DNA of 64,000 nucleotides from an uncultured Actinomycetota bacterium (GTDB lineage: Bacteria > Actinomycetota > Actinomycetes > JAFAQI01), in NCBI GenBank assembly GCA_963789615.1, contig CAWBLI010000005.1:1454309-1518308 (forward strand), read 5' to 3'. The translations under genes were made by a program, and so were the position numbers. The notes under the pieces are model-generated. The model made no database searches and was not told where the DNA came from. It was given only the letters and a program-made list of their open reading frames with translations. Positions 50,791-60,396 of this stretch are shown here, piece by piece. The first letter of the stretch is position 1, and the number at the start of each line of letters is the position of its first letter.

Positions 50791-51651
50791 TTAGTCGAGG
50801 AGGGTCAGCAGGTAGCCGCCGTAGCCGCTGGTCGCCAGCGCGGCCGCGTGCTCGCGGAGCTGGTCGTCGGTGATCCAGCCCTGCCGCCAGGCGATCTCCT
50901 CGGGACAGCCGATCTTCAGCCCCTGCCGGTCCTCGACCACGCGCACGAACTCCGAGGCGTGGACCAGGCTGGCGAAGGTTCCGGTGTCGAGCCACGCCGT
51001 GCCGCGGGGCAGCACGCTCACCCGGAGCCGGCCGCGGTCGATGTAGGCCTGGTTCACCCCGGTGATCTCGAGCTCGCCCCGCGGGCTGGGGGTGAGGCTG
51101 CGGGCGATCTCGACGACCTCGTTGTCATAGAAGTACAAGCCCGGTACGGCGTACGAGCTCCGCGGATGCTCGGGCTTCTCCTCGATGGACACCGCCCGGC
51201 CTTCGCCGTCGAGCTCGACGACGCCGTACGCCGAGGGCTCCGCCACGTGGTAGGCGAAGATGTGACCGCCGGTGATGTCGGTCAGGCCGGCCAGCTGGGC
51301 ACCGAGCCCGGTGCCGTGGAAGATGTTGTCGCCGAGCACCAGCGCGACCGAGTCGCCACCGATGAAGTCCGCACCGATCGTGAACGCCTGGGCCAGGCCC
51401 TTCGGCTCCGGCTGGACCGCGTAGGTGACCTCGATGCCGAGCTCGTGGCCGTCGCCGAGCAGCCGTTGGAACTGCGCGGAGTCCTCCGGCGTCGTGATGA
51501 TGAGCACCTCACGGATGCCCGCCATCATCAACGTTGACAACGGATAGAACAGCATCGGCTTGTCGTAGACCGGCATCAGCTGCTTGGAGATCGCGCGCGT
51601 GATCGGCCACAGCCGCGACCCGGTTCCACCTGCCAGCACGATGCCTTTCAC
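50791..51651 (-). CDS. rmlA: glucose-1-phosphate thymidylyltransferase
   Basis: [39 protein letters not shown]-terminal [17 protein letters not shown]. Confidence 0.9.
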   Translation of the reverse strand: MKGIVLAGGTGSRLWPITRAISKQLMPVYDKPMLFYPLSTLMMAGIREVLIITTPEDSAQFQRLLGDGHELGIEVTYAVQPEPKGLAQAFTIGADFIGGDSVALVLGDNIFHGTGLGAQLAGLTDITGGHIFAYHVAEPSAYGVVELDGEGRAVSIEEKPEHPRSSYAVPGLYFYDNEVVEIARSLTPSPRGELEITGVNQAYIDRGRLRVSVLPRGTAWLDTGTFASLVHASEFVRVVEDRQGLKIGCPEEIAWRQGWITDDQLREHAAALATSGYGGYLLTLLD

Positions 51652-51686
51652 GCCCGTACGGTAGCGGGGCACGGCATGATGGTCGC

Positions 51687-52664
51687 GTGAAGCTGCTTGT
51701 CACAGGCGGTGCCGGTTTCATCGGCTCCCACCTGGTCCGGACCCTGTTGACCGACGGCTACCCGGCGTACCAGGGCGTGGAGGTGACCGTCTACGACAAG
51801 CTGACGTACGCCGGAAACGTCGCGAACCTCTCGCCGGTCATCTTCAGCGACCGCTACCACTTCGTGCACGGCGACATCCTCGACAGCAAGCTGCTGGACG
51901 AGGTGCTGCCGGGTCACGACGCCGTGCTCAACCTCGCCGCCGAGTCCCACGTCGACCGGTCGATCACGGGCGGGGCGGAGTTCGTCATGACGAACGCGGT
52001 CGGGGTCCAGACCCTGCTCGACGCCTGCCTGCGTGCCGGGATCCCTCGCGTCGTACAGGTGTCGACCGACGAGGTGTACGGGTCGATCCCCGAGGGGTCG
52101 TTCACCGAGACCACCCTGCTCGAGCCCAACTCGCCGTACGCCGCTGCGAAGGCCGCCGGTGACCTGATCGCGCGCTCCTACGTCGTGACGCACGGGCTCG
52201 ACGTGGTCGTGACGCGATGCACCAACAACTACGGGCCCTACCAGTACCCCGAGAAGCTGATCCCGCTGTTCGTGACGAACCTGTTCGATGCGTTGAAGGT
52301 GCCCTTGTACGGCGACGGGCTCAACGTGCGCGACTGGCTCCACGTCGACGACCACTGCCGCGCCCTGATGCTCGTCCTCGACAAGGGCCGGGCCGGCGAG
52401 ATCTACAACATCGGCGGCGGCACCGAGCTGGCCAACCGCGACCTCACCGAGCGGCTGCTCGCCGCGTGCGGCGCCGACTGGTCGTCGGTGACACCGGTCG
52501 AGGACCGCAAGGGCCACGACCGGCGGTACTCCCTCGACGACTCCAAGCTGCGTGCGGAGCTCGGCTACGCGCCGCAGATGGACTTCGACGCCGGCCTGGC
52601 CGCGACGGTGCAGTGGTACCGCGACAACGAGTCCTGGTGGCGACCCCTGAAGTCCCCCGCGTAG
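51687..52664 (+). CDS. rmlB: dTDP-glucose 4,6-dehydratase
   Basis: [17 protein letters not shown] ... VSTDEVYG ... YAAAKAAGD (TDE and YxxxK motifs). Confidence 0.95.
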   Translation: MKLLVTGGAGFIGSHLVRTLLTDGYPAYQGVEVTVYDKLTYAGNVANLSPVIFSDRYHFVHGDILDSKLLDEVLPGHDAVLNLAAESHVDRSITGGAEFVMTNAVGVQTLLDACLRAGIPRVVQVSTDEVYGSIPEGSFTETTLLEPNSPYAAAKAAGDLIARSYVVTHGLDVVVTRCTNNYGPYQYPEKLIPLFVTNLFDALKVPLYGDGLNVRDWLHVDDHCRALMLVLDKGRAGEIYNIGGGTELANRDLTERLLAACGADWSSVTPVEDRKGHDRRYSLDDSKLRAELGYAPQMDFDAGLAATVQWYRDNESWWRPLKSPA

Positions 52665-52690
52665 CCATTGGTGCTCTTAGGCTGACCGCC

Positions 52691-53560
52691 ATGACGCGCT
52701 GGCTGGTGACCGGCGCCGGGGGGCAGCTCGGGACCGACGTCGTCGACGTGCTCCGCGTCTACCGCGCCGACGTCGTCGCCGCTGACCACGCGATGCTCGA
52801 CATCACCGACCCCGACGCCGTCGACGGCGTGCTGCTCGGCGCCGCTCCAGACGTCGTCGTGAACTGCGCCGCCTACACCGACGTCGACGCCGCCGAGACG
52901 AACGAAGGCGCCGCCAGACGCCTCAACACGGTCGGCCCCGGCCTGCTCGCACAGTGGTGCGCACGCCACCGCGCCCGGCTGATCCACGTCTCGACCGACT
53001 ACGTGTTCTCGGGCGACGCCGAGGCACCGTACGACGAAAACGCACCCACCCAGCCGCGATCGGCGTACGGAAGAACCAAGGCCGGTGGCGAGCGCGCGGT
53101 AGCGGCCGCCGGCGGCGACTGCCACGTCGTCCGCACCGCCTGGGTGTACGGCGCCTCCGGCCGCAACTTCGTCAAGACCATCGCCCGGCTGGCCGGCGAG
53201 CGCGAGACGCTCGACGTGGTCGATGACCAGCTCGGCTCGCCGACCTGGTCGCTGCACCTCGCCCGCGCGCTGGTCGCACTGAGCGTCGAGGACGTCCCGC
53301 CGGGCATCTGGCACTGCACCGGCGCCGGCGAGGCGACCTGGTGCGGGCTGGCCCGCGCCGTCCTCGCCGAGATGGGCATGGACCCCGCCCGCGTCAGGGC
53401 GACGACGTCCGAGGCGTTCCGCCGCCCGGCGCCGCGACCGTCGTACTCCGTGCTGTCCGACCGGCGGTGGATCGAGGCCGGGCTACCGACGATGGCGCAC
53501 TGGCGGGACGCCCTGCACGAGGCGTTCCTTGCCGTCGGCGAGGAACTGGTCGGTCGATGA
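52691..53560 (+). CDS. rmlD: dTDP-4-dehydrorhamnose reductase
   Basis: MTRWLVTGAGGQLG ... VSTDYVFSG ... YGRTKAGGE. Confidence 0.9.
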   Translation: MTRWLVTGAGGQLGTDVVDVLRVYRADVVAADHAMLDITDPDAVDGVLLGAAPDVVVNCAAYTDVDAAETNEGAARRLNTVGPGLLAQWCARHRARLIHVSTDYVFSGDAEAPYDENAPTQPRSAYGRTKAGGERAVAAAGGDCHVVRTAWVYGASGRNFVKTIARLAGERETLDVVDDQLGSPTWSLHLARALVALSVEDVPPGIWHCTGAGEATWCGLARAVLAEMGMDPARVRATTSEAFRRPAPRPSYSVLSDRRWIEAGLPTMAHWRDALHEAFLAVGEELVGR

Positions 53561-54327
53561 GCCGATACGCGACCATCGTCCTGCGCGCCTACGGCCGGAC
53601 CGTCGGCATCACCGGGCCCGACACCGCCCTCGGCATCGTCCGCGACCGGCTTCCCCCGTCGTACCGGCCGTCAGCTGACGAGCCGGAGCGGCAGTGGCGG
53701 ATCGGAGTCCGCGGCGGGTTGTTCCGCGCCGACAACGACAGCGACCAGCTCGCGCTCGTCGACAACGTCGTGACCGCGAGCGAGATCGTGCTGAGCGACC
53801 TCGAGCTGTGGGTCGCCGAGCACGCCCGGCGCCACATCTTCGTCCACGCCGGCTGCGTCGTCATCGACGACCGCGCGATTCTCATCCCCGGCCGCAGCAT
53901 GAGCGGCAAGACCAGCCTCACCGCGGCGCTGATCCGCGCCGGGGCGACGTACTGGTCGGACGAGTACGCCGTTCTCGACTCCAGCGGGCAGGTGCGGCCC
54001 TACTCCCGGCGGCTGGCGATCCGACCGTACGACGGCGGACCCCCGCATCGCATGACCGCGACGGATGTCGGCGGCGCCGTGGGTCGCGGGGCGCGACCGG
54101 TCGGGCTGGTCGTCGTGCTGCGCTACGACGCCGGCGCCGGGTGGAACGTCCGGCCGCTGACCCGCGGCCAGGCGGTGCTTCAGCTGCTCGACAACACGAT
54201 CCCGGCCCGGAGCCGGCCCCGCGCGGTGCTGTCGGCGCTGGACCGGGCCACCCAGCACGCGCAGTGCCTGGCCGGCACCCGCGGCGACGCCGACGCCACC
54301 GCCGAACTGATCCTCGCCAAACTCTGA
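53558..54327 (+). CDS. HprK-related serine kinase (HPr kinase C-terminal-domain homolog; HprK-related kinase A/B type)
   Basis: P-loop LIPGRSMSGKTSLTAALIRAG followed by the Asp-rich catalytic region WSDEYAVLD. ATG overlaps the rmlD stop (ATGA). Confidence 0.6.
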
Positions 54328-54424
54328 AACCCGGGGGCGAACCTGCCGATAGCGCCTAGGTGTCCCGTCTTCCTGCCGTGCGTGCCGTTCCCGGCCGACG
54401 GCTTCCCGCCGCATCGGCGACGAC

Positions 54425-55381
54425 GTGGTGCTCTACGACCGTGACGACCACGACGTCCACCTGCTGACCGGCCCGGTCGCAGCGGTCTGGCGCCGCCTGG
54501 AAGGCGACTCGGACGCCCCCGACATCTCCCCGACCGAGCACGACGCCGCGGTGCAGCACCTGCTCGACCTCGGCGTCGTCGTCCCGGTCGGAGGCGACGA
54601 CGGCATCAGCCGCCGCCGGCTGCTGCAGCGCGGCGCCCTCGTCGCCGCCGGCGGTGTCGTGGCGCTGCCGCTGATCGAGTCGATCAGCGCCCCGGCCGCG
54701 TTCGCCGGCTGCTCGTCCGCCGGCTCGATGACCTATGACCTGGTGTCGTCGTTCGGATCCGGCGTGACGTCGAAGAACGCCGCCGTCCCGAACGCGCCGA
54801 CCTTCGTCTGCGGCGGCACCAACGTCACCGGCACCCGGACCGGCAACAACGCGATCGGTCCGTTCAGCTTCACCTTCACCCCGCGGGCAAGCGACGGCTG
54901 CACCGTGGGCGGCAAGGGGATCGGCGACCCGCCAACCTGGGGCCTGGTCTACAACGGCACCGGCGGCGCTGGGAAGCAGTTCATCGACCCGGTCACCGGC
55001 TACAACGACTACGTCGGGTACGCCGCCGGCACCACCGGGCCGCTGCAGCTGACACCGGACACGGCGCACGACGTCGGCATCCGCTTCGACCGGCAGTGCT
55101 CGACGGTCGCGAGCTCGTCGGCGTTGCTTACCTTCAGCCTGACCAACACCTCCGCCAGCAACGTCACCATCGGCTTCGACAAGCTGACCTCCGTGACGGC
55201 GACCAACAACGGCGTCGCCACGACCGGCCTCGGACCGTTCACGCTGGCAGCCGGGAAGAAGCTGGTCGGAACCGCCACCGCGACGCTGACCGCCGCCACG
55301 CCGTACTTCCAGGTCTACGCGGACTGGACCGCCGGCACCAACCAGCCGATCACCGTCACGACGTTCACCGTCACCGTCTGA
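54425..55381 (+). CDS. PqqD/RRE-like domain fused to Tat/lipobox-like segment and secreted Thr/Gly-rich beta-rich domain (paralog 1)
   Basis: VVLYDRDDHDVHLLTGPVAAVWRRLEGDSD...AAVQHLLDLGVV is a PqqD-like wHTH. SRRRLLQRGALVAAGGVVALPLIESISAPAAFAGCSS follows, then about 210 aa T/G/S-rich ending TVTTFTVTV. GTG start; no in-frame start nearer the RRR. Confidence 0.55.
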   Translation: MVLYDRDDHDVHLLTGPVAAVWRRLEGDSDAPDISPTEHDAAVQHLLDLGVVVPVGGDDGISRRRLLQRGALVAAGGVVALPLIESISAPAAFAGCSSAGSMTYDLVSSFGSGVTSKNAAVPNAPTFVCGGTNVTGTRTGNNAIGPFSFTFTPRASDGCTVGGKGIGDPPTWGLVYNGTGGAGKQFIDPVTGYNDYVGYAAGTTGPLQLTPDTAHDVGIRFDRQCSTVASSSALLTFSLTNTSASNVTIGFDKLTSVTATNNGVATTGLGPFTLAAGKKLVGTATATLTAATPYFQVYADWTAGTNQPITVTTFTVTV

Positions 55382-55486
55382 GCCCATGGCCGCGGTCGCC
55401 ACGACCTTCACAGCGCTGCGGCGCTCGACTCAGCTCTGGCTGGCCTGTGGTCTCTCGCGCTGCTGCTGCTCGGCCTGACCGCCGAG

Positions 55487-56020
55487 GTGCTCCACAGCGG
55501 CTGGGTGGTCAGCATCGACCGCCACATCCAGCTGCAGGTGTTCCTGCACCAGCATCGCGGGCTCCGCGACGCCGCGAACGTCCTGACCTGGTTGGGCGAC
55601 CCGGCCACGGTCGTCGTCGTGGTCGTGTTGTCGACGGTGGTTCTCGCCGTACGCCGGGACTGGGTCCGCGCCGTCGCGCTGCCGGTCGCCGTCGTCGCCG
55701 CGCTTTTGGTGGGCCAGGTGGTGCGGCACGCGATCGGCCGCAGCTCGCCGACCTTCGGCTCGCACCTGCACGTGCCGGGCGGCGACTCGTACCCGTCGGG
55801 GCACGCACTCGGCGCGGCGCTGTGCCTGGCGGCCGTGGCGATCGCGGTACGACGGCGATGGGTGAGCTGGGCGGCGGCCGTCATCGCCGTACTGGTCGCC
55901 GTCGCCCGGGTGTATCTGTTCGCGCACTTCACCAGCGACGTCATCGCCAGCCTGCTCGCGGCGGCCGTCGTCGTCACCGCCGTCGAGGCGGTCGCCGAGA
56001 TGACAGCCGAGCGAACCTAG
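55487..56020 (+). CDS. PAP2-family (phosphatidic acid/undecaprenyl-pyrophosphate phosphatase-like) membrane protein; N-terminus possibly extended to 55386 through a frameshift
   Basis: Conserved PSGH and SR...H phosphatase motifs (PSGHALGAA ... ARVYLFAHFTSDV). Upstream in-frame TM helix lacks a start codon, while ATG 55386 is in the -1 frame. Confidence 0.55.
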   Translation: MLHSGWVVSIDRHIQLQVFLHQHRGLRDAANVLTWLGDPATVVVVVVLSTVVLAVRRDWVRAVALPVAVVAALLVGQVVRHAIGRSSPTFGSHLHVPGGDSYPSGHALGAALCLAAVAIAVRRRWVSWAAAVIAVLVAVARVYLFAHFTSDVIASLLAAAVVVTAVEAVAEMTAERT

Positions 56021-57489
56021 TAGGCCCCGTCGCGCAGGATCACGGCGAAGAACGTCTTCCACAGGATCATCAGGTCCATCGCGAACGACCAGTTCTCGAC
56101 GTAGTACAGGTCGAGGCGGACGCTGTCCTCCCAGCTCAGGTCGGAGCGGCCGGACACCTGCCACAGGCCGGTGATGCCGGGGCGGACCAGCAGCCGGCGC
56201 GCGACGTCGGAGCCGTACTCCGCGACCTCGCTGGGCAGCGGCGGGCGCGGGCCGACGATCGCCATGTCGCCCTTGACGACGTTCCACAGCTGCGGCAGCT
56301 CGTCGAGCGACCACTTGCGCAGCAGGGCACCGAACCGCGTCACCCGCGGGTCGGCACGCATCTTGAACAACAGCCCGTCGGCGGCTTCGTTCTGCTCGCG
56401 CAGCGTCTCCAGCAACGCCTCGGCGTCGGAGCGCATGGTCCGCAGCTTGTAGACCGTGAACTCGCGGCCGTGCTTGCCAACCCGGGTCTGCCTGAACAGC
56501 GGTGCGCCCGGACTGTCGATCCGGATCATCAGCGCGAGCGCGCCGAGCACCGGCAGCATCAGCACGAACGCGATCGTCGCGGTCACCCACTCGAACGTCG
56601 CCTTCACCCGCGGCCGCAGCCCGACCAGGTCCGGCTCGTCGACGTGCAGCAGCGGCAGGCCCGCGACCGGGCGGATGTTGATGCGCGGCCCGGCGACGTC
56701 GGTGAGTGCCGGCGCGACGACCAGGTCGACCCCGGTGCCCTCGAGCTCCCACGACAGGTGCCGCAGCACGAGCGGCGACATGCCGGGCCCGGAGGCGACA
56801 GCAACGGTGTCGGCCTGCGACGCCTTCACGGCCTCGAGCACCTGGGTGAGCGATCCCAGGACAGGCAGGCCGTTCTCGAGCGCGCGACCCGGTCCGGGAG
56901 CGGGCACGCAGACACCGACGACGCGGAAGCCGGCATGAGGCACCCGGCCGAGCTCGTGGGCGAGCTGCGAGACGTTCTGCGCACCACCGACCGCGAGCAC
57001 CCGGTGCTGGTAGCGCCCGAAGGCACGCTGGTGATGCAGCCAGCGACGGGCGGCGTACCGGCCGAGCAGCAGCAGCAGGGTGCCGAGCGGCAGCGCGATC
57101 GCGACGTAGCCGCGGGCCAGCTGGATCTGGAAGATGTAGCAGATGACGGCGGCGCTGGCGCCCAGTCGGAACGACGCTGCACCGACCCGCTTGAACTCCT
57201 CAGCGCCGGTCCCGAGGTAGCGCATCTCATAGGCGCGGCCGACGACGAGCATCAGCAACCAGACCGGGACGACGAGCAGGCTGACCGCCAGGTAGGACAG
57301 GCCGTGGATGGCGGAGCCGTCGTTGGCGCCGAACCGGGCGCGGAACGCGATGAGCGTGCTGACGAGGACGATGAAGGTGTCGATCGAGACCAGGATCCGG
57401 CGGTACTGCAGCTGCCAGTCCGCGGTCCCGACCAGCGGAAGCAGGGTTTCCGCGGGCGGGGTGCTGGTGACGTCGTGACCGCGCTGCAT
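56017..57489 (-). CDS. WbaP-like undecaprenyl-phosphate hexose-1-phosphate transferase (polyprenyl glycosylphosphotransferase, priming enzyme)
   Basis: N-terminal TM bundle. C-terminal bacterial sugar transferase domain ...LFRQTRVGKHGREFTVYKLRTM...LDELPQLWNVVKGDMAIVGPRP. Confidence 0.85.
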   Translation of the reverse strand: MQRGHDVTSTPPAETLLPLVGTADWQLQYRRILVSIDTFIVLVSTLIAFRARFGANDGSAIHGLSYLAVSLLVVPVWLLMLVVGRAYEMRYLGTGAEEFKRVGAASFRLGASAAVICYIFQIQLARGYVAIALPLGTLLLLLGRYAARRWLHHQRAFGRYQHRVLAVGGAQNVSQLAHELGRVPHAGFRVVGVCVPAPGPGRALENGLPVLGSLTQVLEAVKASQADTVAVASGPGMSPLVLRHLSWELEGTGVDLVVAPALTDVAGPRINIRPVAGLPLLHVDEPDLVGLRPRVKATFEWVTATIAFVLMLPVLGALALMIRIDSPGAPLFRQTRVGKHGREFTVYKLRTMRSDAEALLETLREQNEAADGLLFKMRADPRVTRFGALLRKWSLDELPQLWNVVKGDMAIVGPRPPLPSEVAEYGSDVARRLLVRPGITGLWQVSGRSDLSWEDSVRLDLYYVENWSFAMDLMILWKTFFAVILRDGAY

Positions 57490-57654
57490 GGCGCTGGTAC
57501 GGGCGTCGTCGGCCAGGGTCACGGTCTCCCTTCCGATCCGTCCGCGTCGAGAGTTCAGGTTAGGACCGGCGGTCCGGCCTGTCAGACACTTTGGCAACGT
57601 TGTAGGCGTAAGTTCAGTAACCCATTCGGCCTAACAGGCAGCCATCTTGAGGAG

Positions 57655-58842
57655 ACTTCGCTGAGCCGGCTCAAGATCCTTCTGGTGGATCATGTCGCAC
57701 GGCTCTCCGGCGGCGAGATCGCGCTCGCCCGCGTGCTTCCCACGCTCGCGCACGATGTCGACATCCACGTCGTTCTGGGCGAGGAGGGCCCGCTCGTCGC
57801 TCGACTCCGCGAGGCCGGCATCCAGGTCGAGGTCATGCCGCTCGCGGCGGCCGCCCGCGACACCCGCAAGGACACCGTGACGGCGACCGGCGTACCGCTC
57901 GGCGCCGCCTGGGCCACCTCGTCGTACGTGTGGGCGCTGCGACGACGGATCCGCGCGCTCCGACCGGACATCGTGCATACCAACTCCCTCAAGTCCGCCG
58001 TGTACGGCGGGCTGGCCGGCCGGGCTGCCGGCGTACCGGTGCTCTGGCACATCCGCGACCGCATCGCGACCGACTACCTGCCGGCCAGCGCGGTTCGGAT
58101 GATCCGCGGCGCGGCCGGGGTGCTCCCGACCGCGATGGTGACTCCCTCGCGCACCACCATGGACACGATGCCGGGACGGCGGCCGGTGATACGTGCTGTC
58201 GTCCCCGATTCTGTTGAACTGCCTAGTGTCGACGTCTCGGACGCTTCATCGGAGGCGTCGGGGGTTCCCGACGACGTCGCCGACGGGCCTCACCCGTTCC
58301 GGATCGGGATGGTCGGGCGGCTGGCGGAGTGGAAGGGCCAGCACATCGCGATCGAGGCGTTCGCGCGGGCGTTTCCGGATGGCGACGCGCAGCTGTGGTT
58401 GGTCGGCGAGGCGATGTTCGGGGAGTCGGTGTACGTCGACCGGCTGCGCCGGCAGATCGACGCGCTCGGGCTCGGCGACCGGGTCGAGCTCCGCGGCTTC
58501 CGTGACGACGTCTGGTCGGAGCTCGCCCGGCTGGACGTCCTCGTGCACGCCTCGACCAGCCCGGAGCCGTTCGGCCAGGTCGTTCTCGAGGGGATGGTGT
58601 ACGGGCTCCCGGTCATCGCGGCAGCGCCCGGTGGGCCGGCCGAGATCATGGTCGACGAGGTCGACGGGCTGCTGGTGCCGGCGGGATCGGTGGCCGCGTT
58701 GGCGGCGGCTCTCGAACGGCTCGCGTCGGACTCCGGGCTGCGCGACCGGCTGGGGCAAAGCGCCCGAATCACCGCAGCGCGGTACACACCGGCCAGAACC
58801 GCCTCCGGTCTGCTGAGCGTGTATCGGCGGATGGTCGATTAA
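57655..58842 (+). CDS. GT4 family glycosyltransferase
   Basis: ...HIRDRIATDY... and C-terminal EPFGQVVLEGMVYGLPVIAAAPGGPAEIMVDEVDGLLV (E-x7-E motif region). Start codon uncertain (CTG/TTG about 57652-57661). Confidence 0.75.
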   Translation, partial: TSLSRLKILLVDHVARLSGGEIALARVLPTLAHDVDIHVVLGEEGPLVARLREAGIQVEVMPLAAAARDTRKDTVTATGVPLGAAWATSSYVWALRRRIRALRPDIVHTNSLKSAVYGGLAGRAAGVPVLWHIRDRIATDYLPASAVRMIRGAAGVLPTAMVTPSRTTMDTMPGRRPVIRAVVPDSVELPSVDVSDASSEASGVPDDVADGPHPFRIGMVGRLAEWKGQHIAIEAFARAFPDGDAQLWLVGEAMFGESVYVDRLRRQIDALGLGDRVELRGFRDDVWSELARLDVLVHASTSPEPFGQVVLEGMVYGLPVIAAAPGGPAEIMVDEVDGLLVPAGSVAALAAALERLASDSGLRDRLGQSARITAARYTPARTASGLLSVYRRMVD

Positions 58843-58932
58843 GACACCCCTCGCCCGCACCGATGCCTCTCTGGAGTCAGAAAGGACCGCTGCCCCTCTG
58901 GGCTTAGAGGAAGCTGCGCGAAAGGGGACCCG

Positions 58933-60288
58933 ATGTCGTCGACGGCACCGCGGCGCGTCCCCGGCGTGGTCGAGCGACCGATCGGCGACGAGATCGTCGC
59001 CTACGAGCCGGCGCAGGGCGCAGCGCATGTCCTGCGTGGCATCACGGCCACGGTCTGGCGCTGCTGCGACGGTGACCGCGACCTCCCGGCGATCGCCGTC
59101 GCCAACGGCCTGAGCCTCGACGACGTCGTCGCCGCGGTCGACGAGCTGGAGTCGGCGGGTCTGCTGTTCGGCGTACCCGGGGGGATCGACCGGCGACGGC
59201 TGCTGCAACGCGGCATGCTGCTCGGCGGTGCGGTCGCGGGCGTCATGAGCATCGAGTCGATCCTGGCGCCGCTGCCGTTCGCGGCTGCCAGCACGCCGGT
59301 GACGATCATCAACCGGGCGATCGCGGGGACCGTCACGGGCACCATCCCGAAGGGCTTCCTGACGCTGCACTTCACGATCATCGGTGGGGGCGGCGGCGGC
59401 AGCTACTCGCAGGGCACGTTCGTCAGCGGCGCCGGCGGCGACGCGTCGTCGATCACCGGGTCGATCACCCTCGCGTCCAACCCGAGCGGCACCGTGGTCA
59501 CCGCGGTCGTGGGGGCCGGCGGCGCGGGAGGCGTCTCGACGCCGGGAGTGGTGGCGGGCGGGTCTGGCTTCGGCAACGGCGGCAGCGCCAACACGGCTGG
59601 CCCCGGCGGAGGCGGAACCGCGATAACCATCGGCGGCCAGGCGATCGTCGTCTCCGGTGGCGGTGGCGGTGGCGGCCGGTCTTTCGTCAACGACGACAGC
59701 ACCGGTGGCATCGGTGGTGACGCCGGCGACGCCGCGCTGACCAATGTCGCGGACCCGGGGTCGGGTGGCGGTGCGTCGAACGACGGCAACTTCGCCGGTG
59801 GCGGCGGTGGCGGTGGCCAGACCAGCGGCGGTGGCGTGGCTTCGGGTGGTGCGGGTGGCGCCGGCGGCCCGGCTCCGACCGGGCGCGGGATCACGGGTGG
59901 CAAGAAGGGCGTGGCTGGCTCGGTCGGCACCGCGGGCACGGCGGCGGCGGGTGGCAATGGCGGGGCCGGCGGCACCGGCGGCTTTGGCGGGACCGCGGTC
60001 GAGAACGCCTACGCAAGCGGTGGCGGCGGTGGCGGCGGCTGGGGTGGCGGCGGTGGCGGCGGCGAGGGCGGCAACAACGGCCAGTCCGCAGGCTCCGGCG
60101 GTGGCGGCGGTGGCGGCGGCTCCAACTACACGAATGGCCGGACCGGATTCACCGTGGCGATCGCGTCGATCGGGGATGTCGTCGGGTCCGGCAACGGCGC
60201 CGGTGGTGCAGGCGGCGTGTCGACCGCGTCCGGCGGAGCCGGCAACCCGGGCCAGCCCGGCTACGCGATCGTCAGCTACAGCCCCTGA
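58933..60288 (+). CDS. PqqD/RRE-like domain fused to Tat-like segment and secreted Gly-rich repeat domain (paralog 2)
   Basis: VERPIGDEIVAYEPAQGAAHVLRGITATVWRCCDGDRDLPAIAVANGLSLDDVVAAVDELESAGLLF is a full PqqD-like fold. DRRRLLQRGMLLGGAVAGVMSIESILAPLPFAAAS follows, then about 330 aa of GGxGG-type Gly-rich repeats ending YAIVSYSP. Confidence 0.55.
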   Translation: MSSTAPRRVPGVVERPIGDEIVAYEPAQGAAHVLRGITATVWRCCDGDRDLPAIAVANGLSLDDVVAAVDELESAGLLFGVPGGIDRRRLLQRGMLLGGAVAGVMSIESILAPLPFAAASTPVTIINRAIAGTVTGTIPKGFLTLHFTIIGGGGGGSYSQGTFVSGAGGDASSITGSITLASNPSGTVVTAVVGAGGAGGVSTPGVVAGGSGFGNGGSANTAGPGGGGTAITIGGQAIVVSGGGGGGGRSFVNDDSTGGIGGDAGDAALTNVADPGSGGGASNDGNFAGGGGGGGQTSGGGVASGGAGGAGGPAPTGRGITGGKKGVAGSVGTAGTAAAGGNGGAGGTGGFGGTAVENAYASGGGGGGGWGGGGGGGEGGNNGQSAGSGGGGGGGGSNYTNGRTGFTVAIASIGDVVGSGNGAGGAGGVSTASGGAGNPGQPGYAIVSYSP

Positions 60289-60305
60289 TCTTGCCCGCCG
60301 CCCGC

Positions 60306-60396
60306 CCCCACCAATGGCCCATTGGTGTTGCTATAGCCCCACCAATGGGCCATGCGTGTTGCTATAGCCCCACCAGTGGGCCATGCGTGTGGGGGG
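60306..60396. repeat. family P palindromic element, three tandem units of about 31 bp
   Basis: ccccaccaatggcccattggtgttgctatag / ccccaccaatgggccatgcgtgttgctatag / ccccaccagtgggccatgcgtgtggggggttag. Each unit contains the palindrome CACCAATGG-CCATTGGTG. Fills the convergent gap 60289-60396. Confidence 0.7.

Noticed and set aside
54425-55381. Interpreting the PqqD-like region as a separate small ORF followed by an independently initiated Tat lipoprotein
   Set aside because: Both paralogs are continuous ORFs with no ATG/GTG/TTG between the PqqD-like region and the RRR motif. The same fusion occurs twice, so a true fusion is retained.
55096-58842. 1248-aa ORF on the plus strand
   Set aside because: It is antisense to the WbaP-like gene for most of its length and has low-complexity R/G/D/P translation. 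Only the final 395 aa (the GT4 enzyme) are real.
58933-60288. Gly-rich protein as a mycobacterial PE-PGRS family member
   Set aside because: There is no PE domain. The N-terminus is PqqD-like and the organism lacks other mycobacterial hallmarks. The Gly-rich repeats are convergent low complexity.
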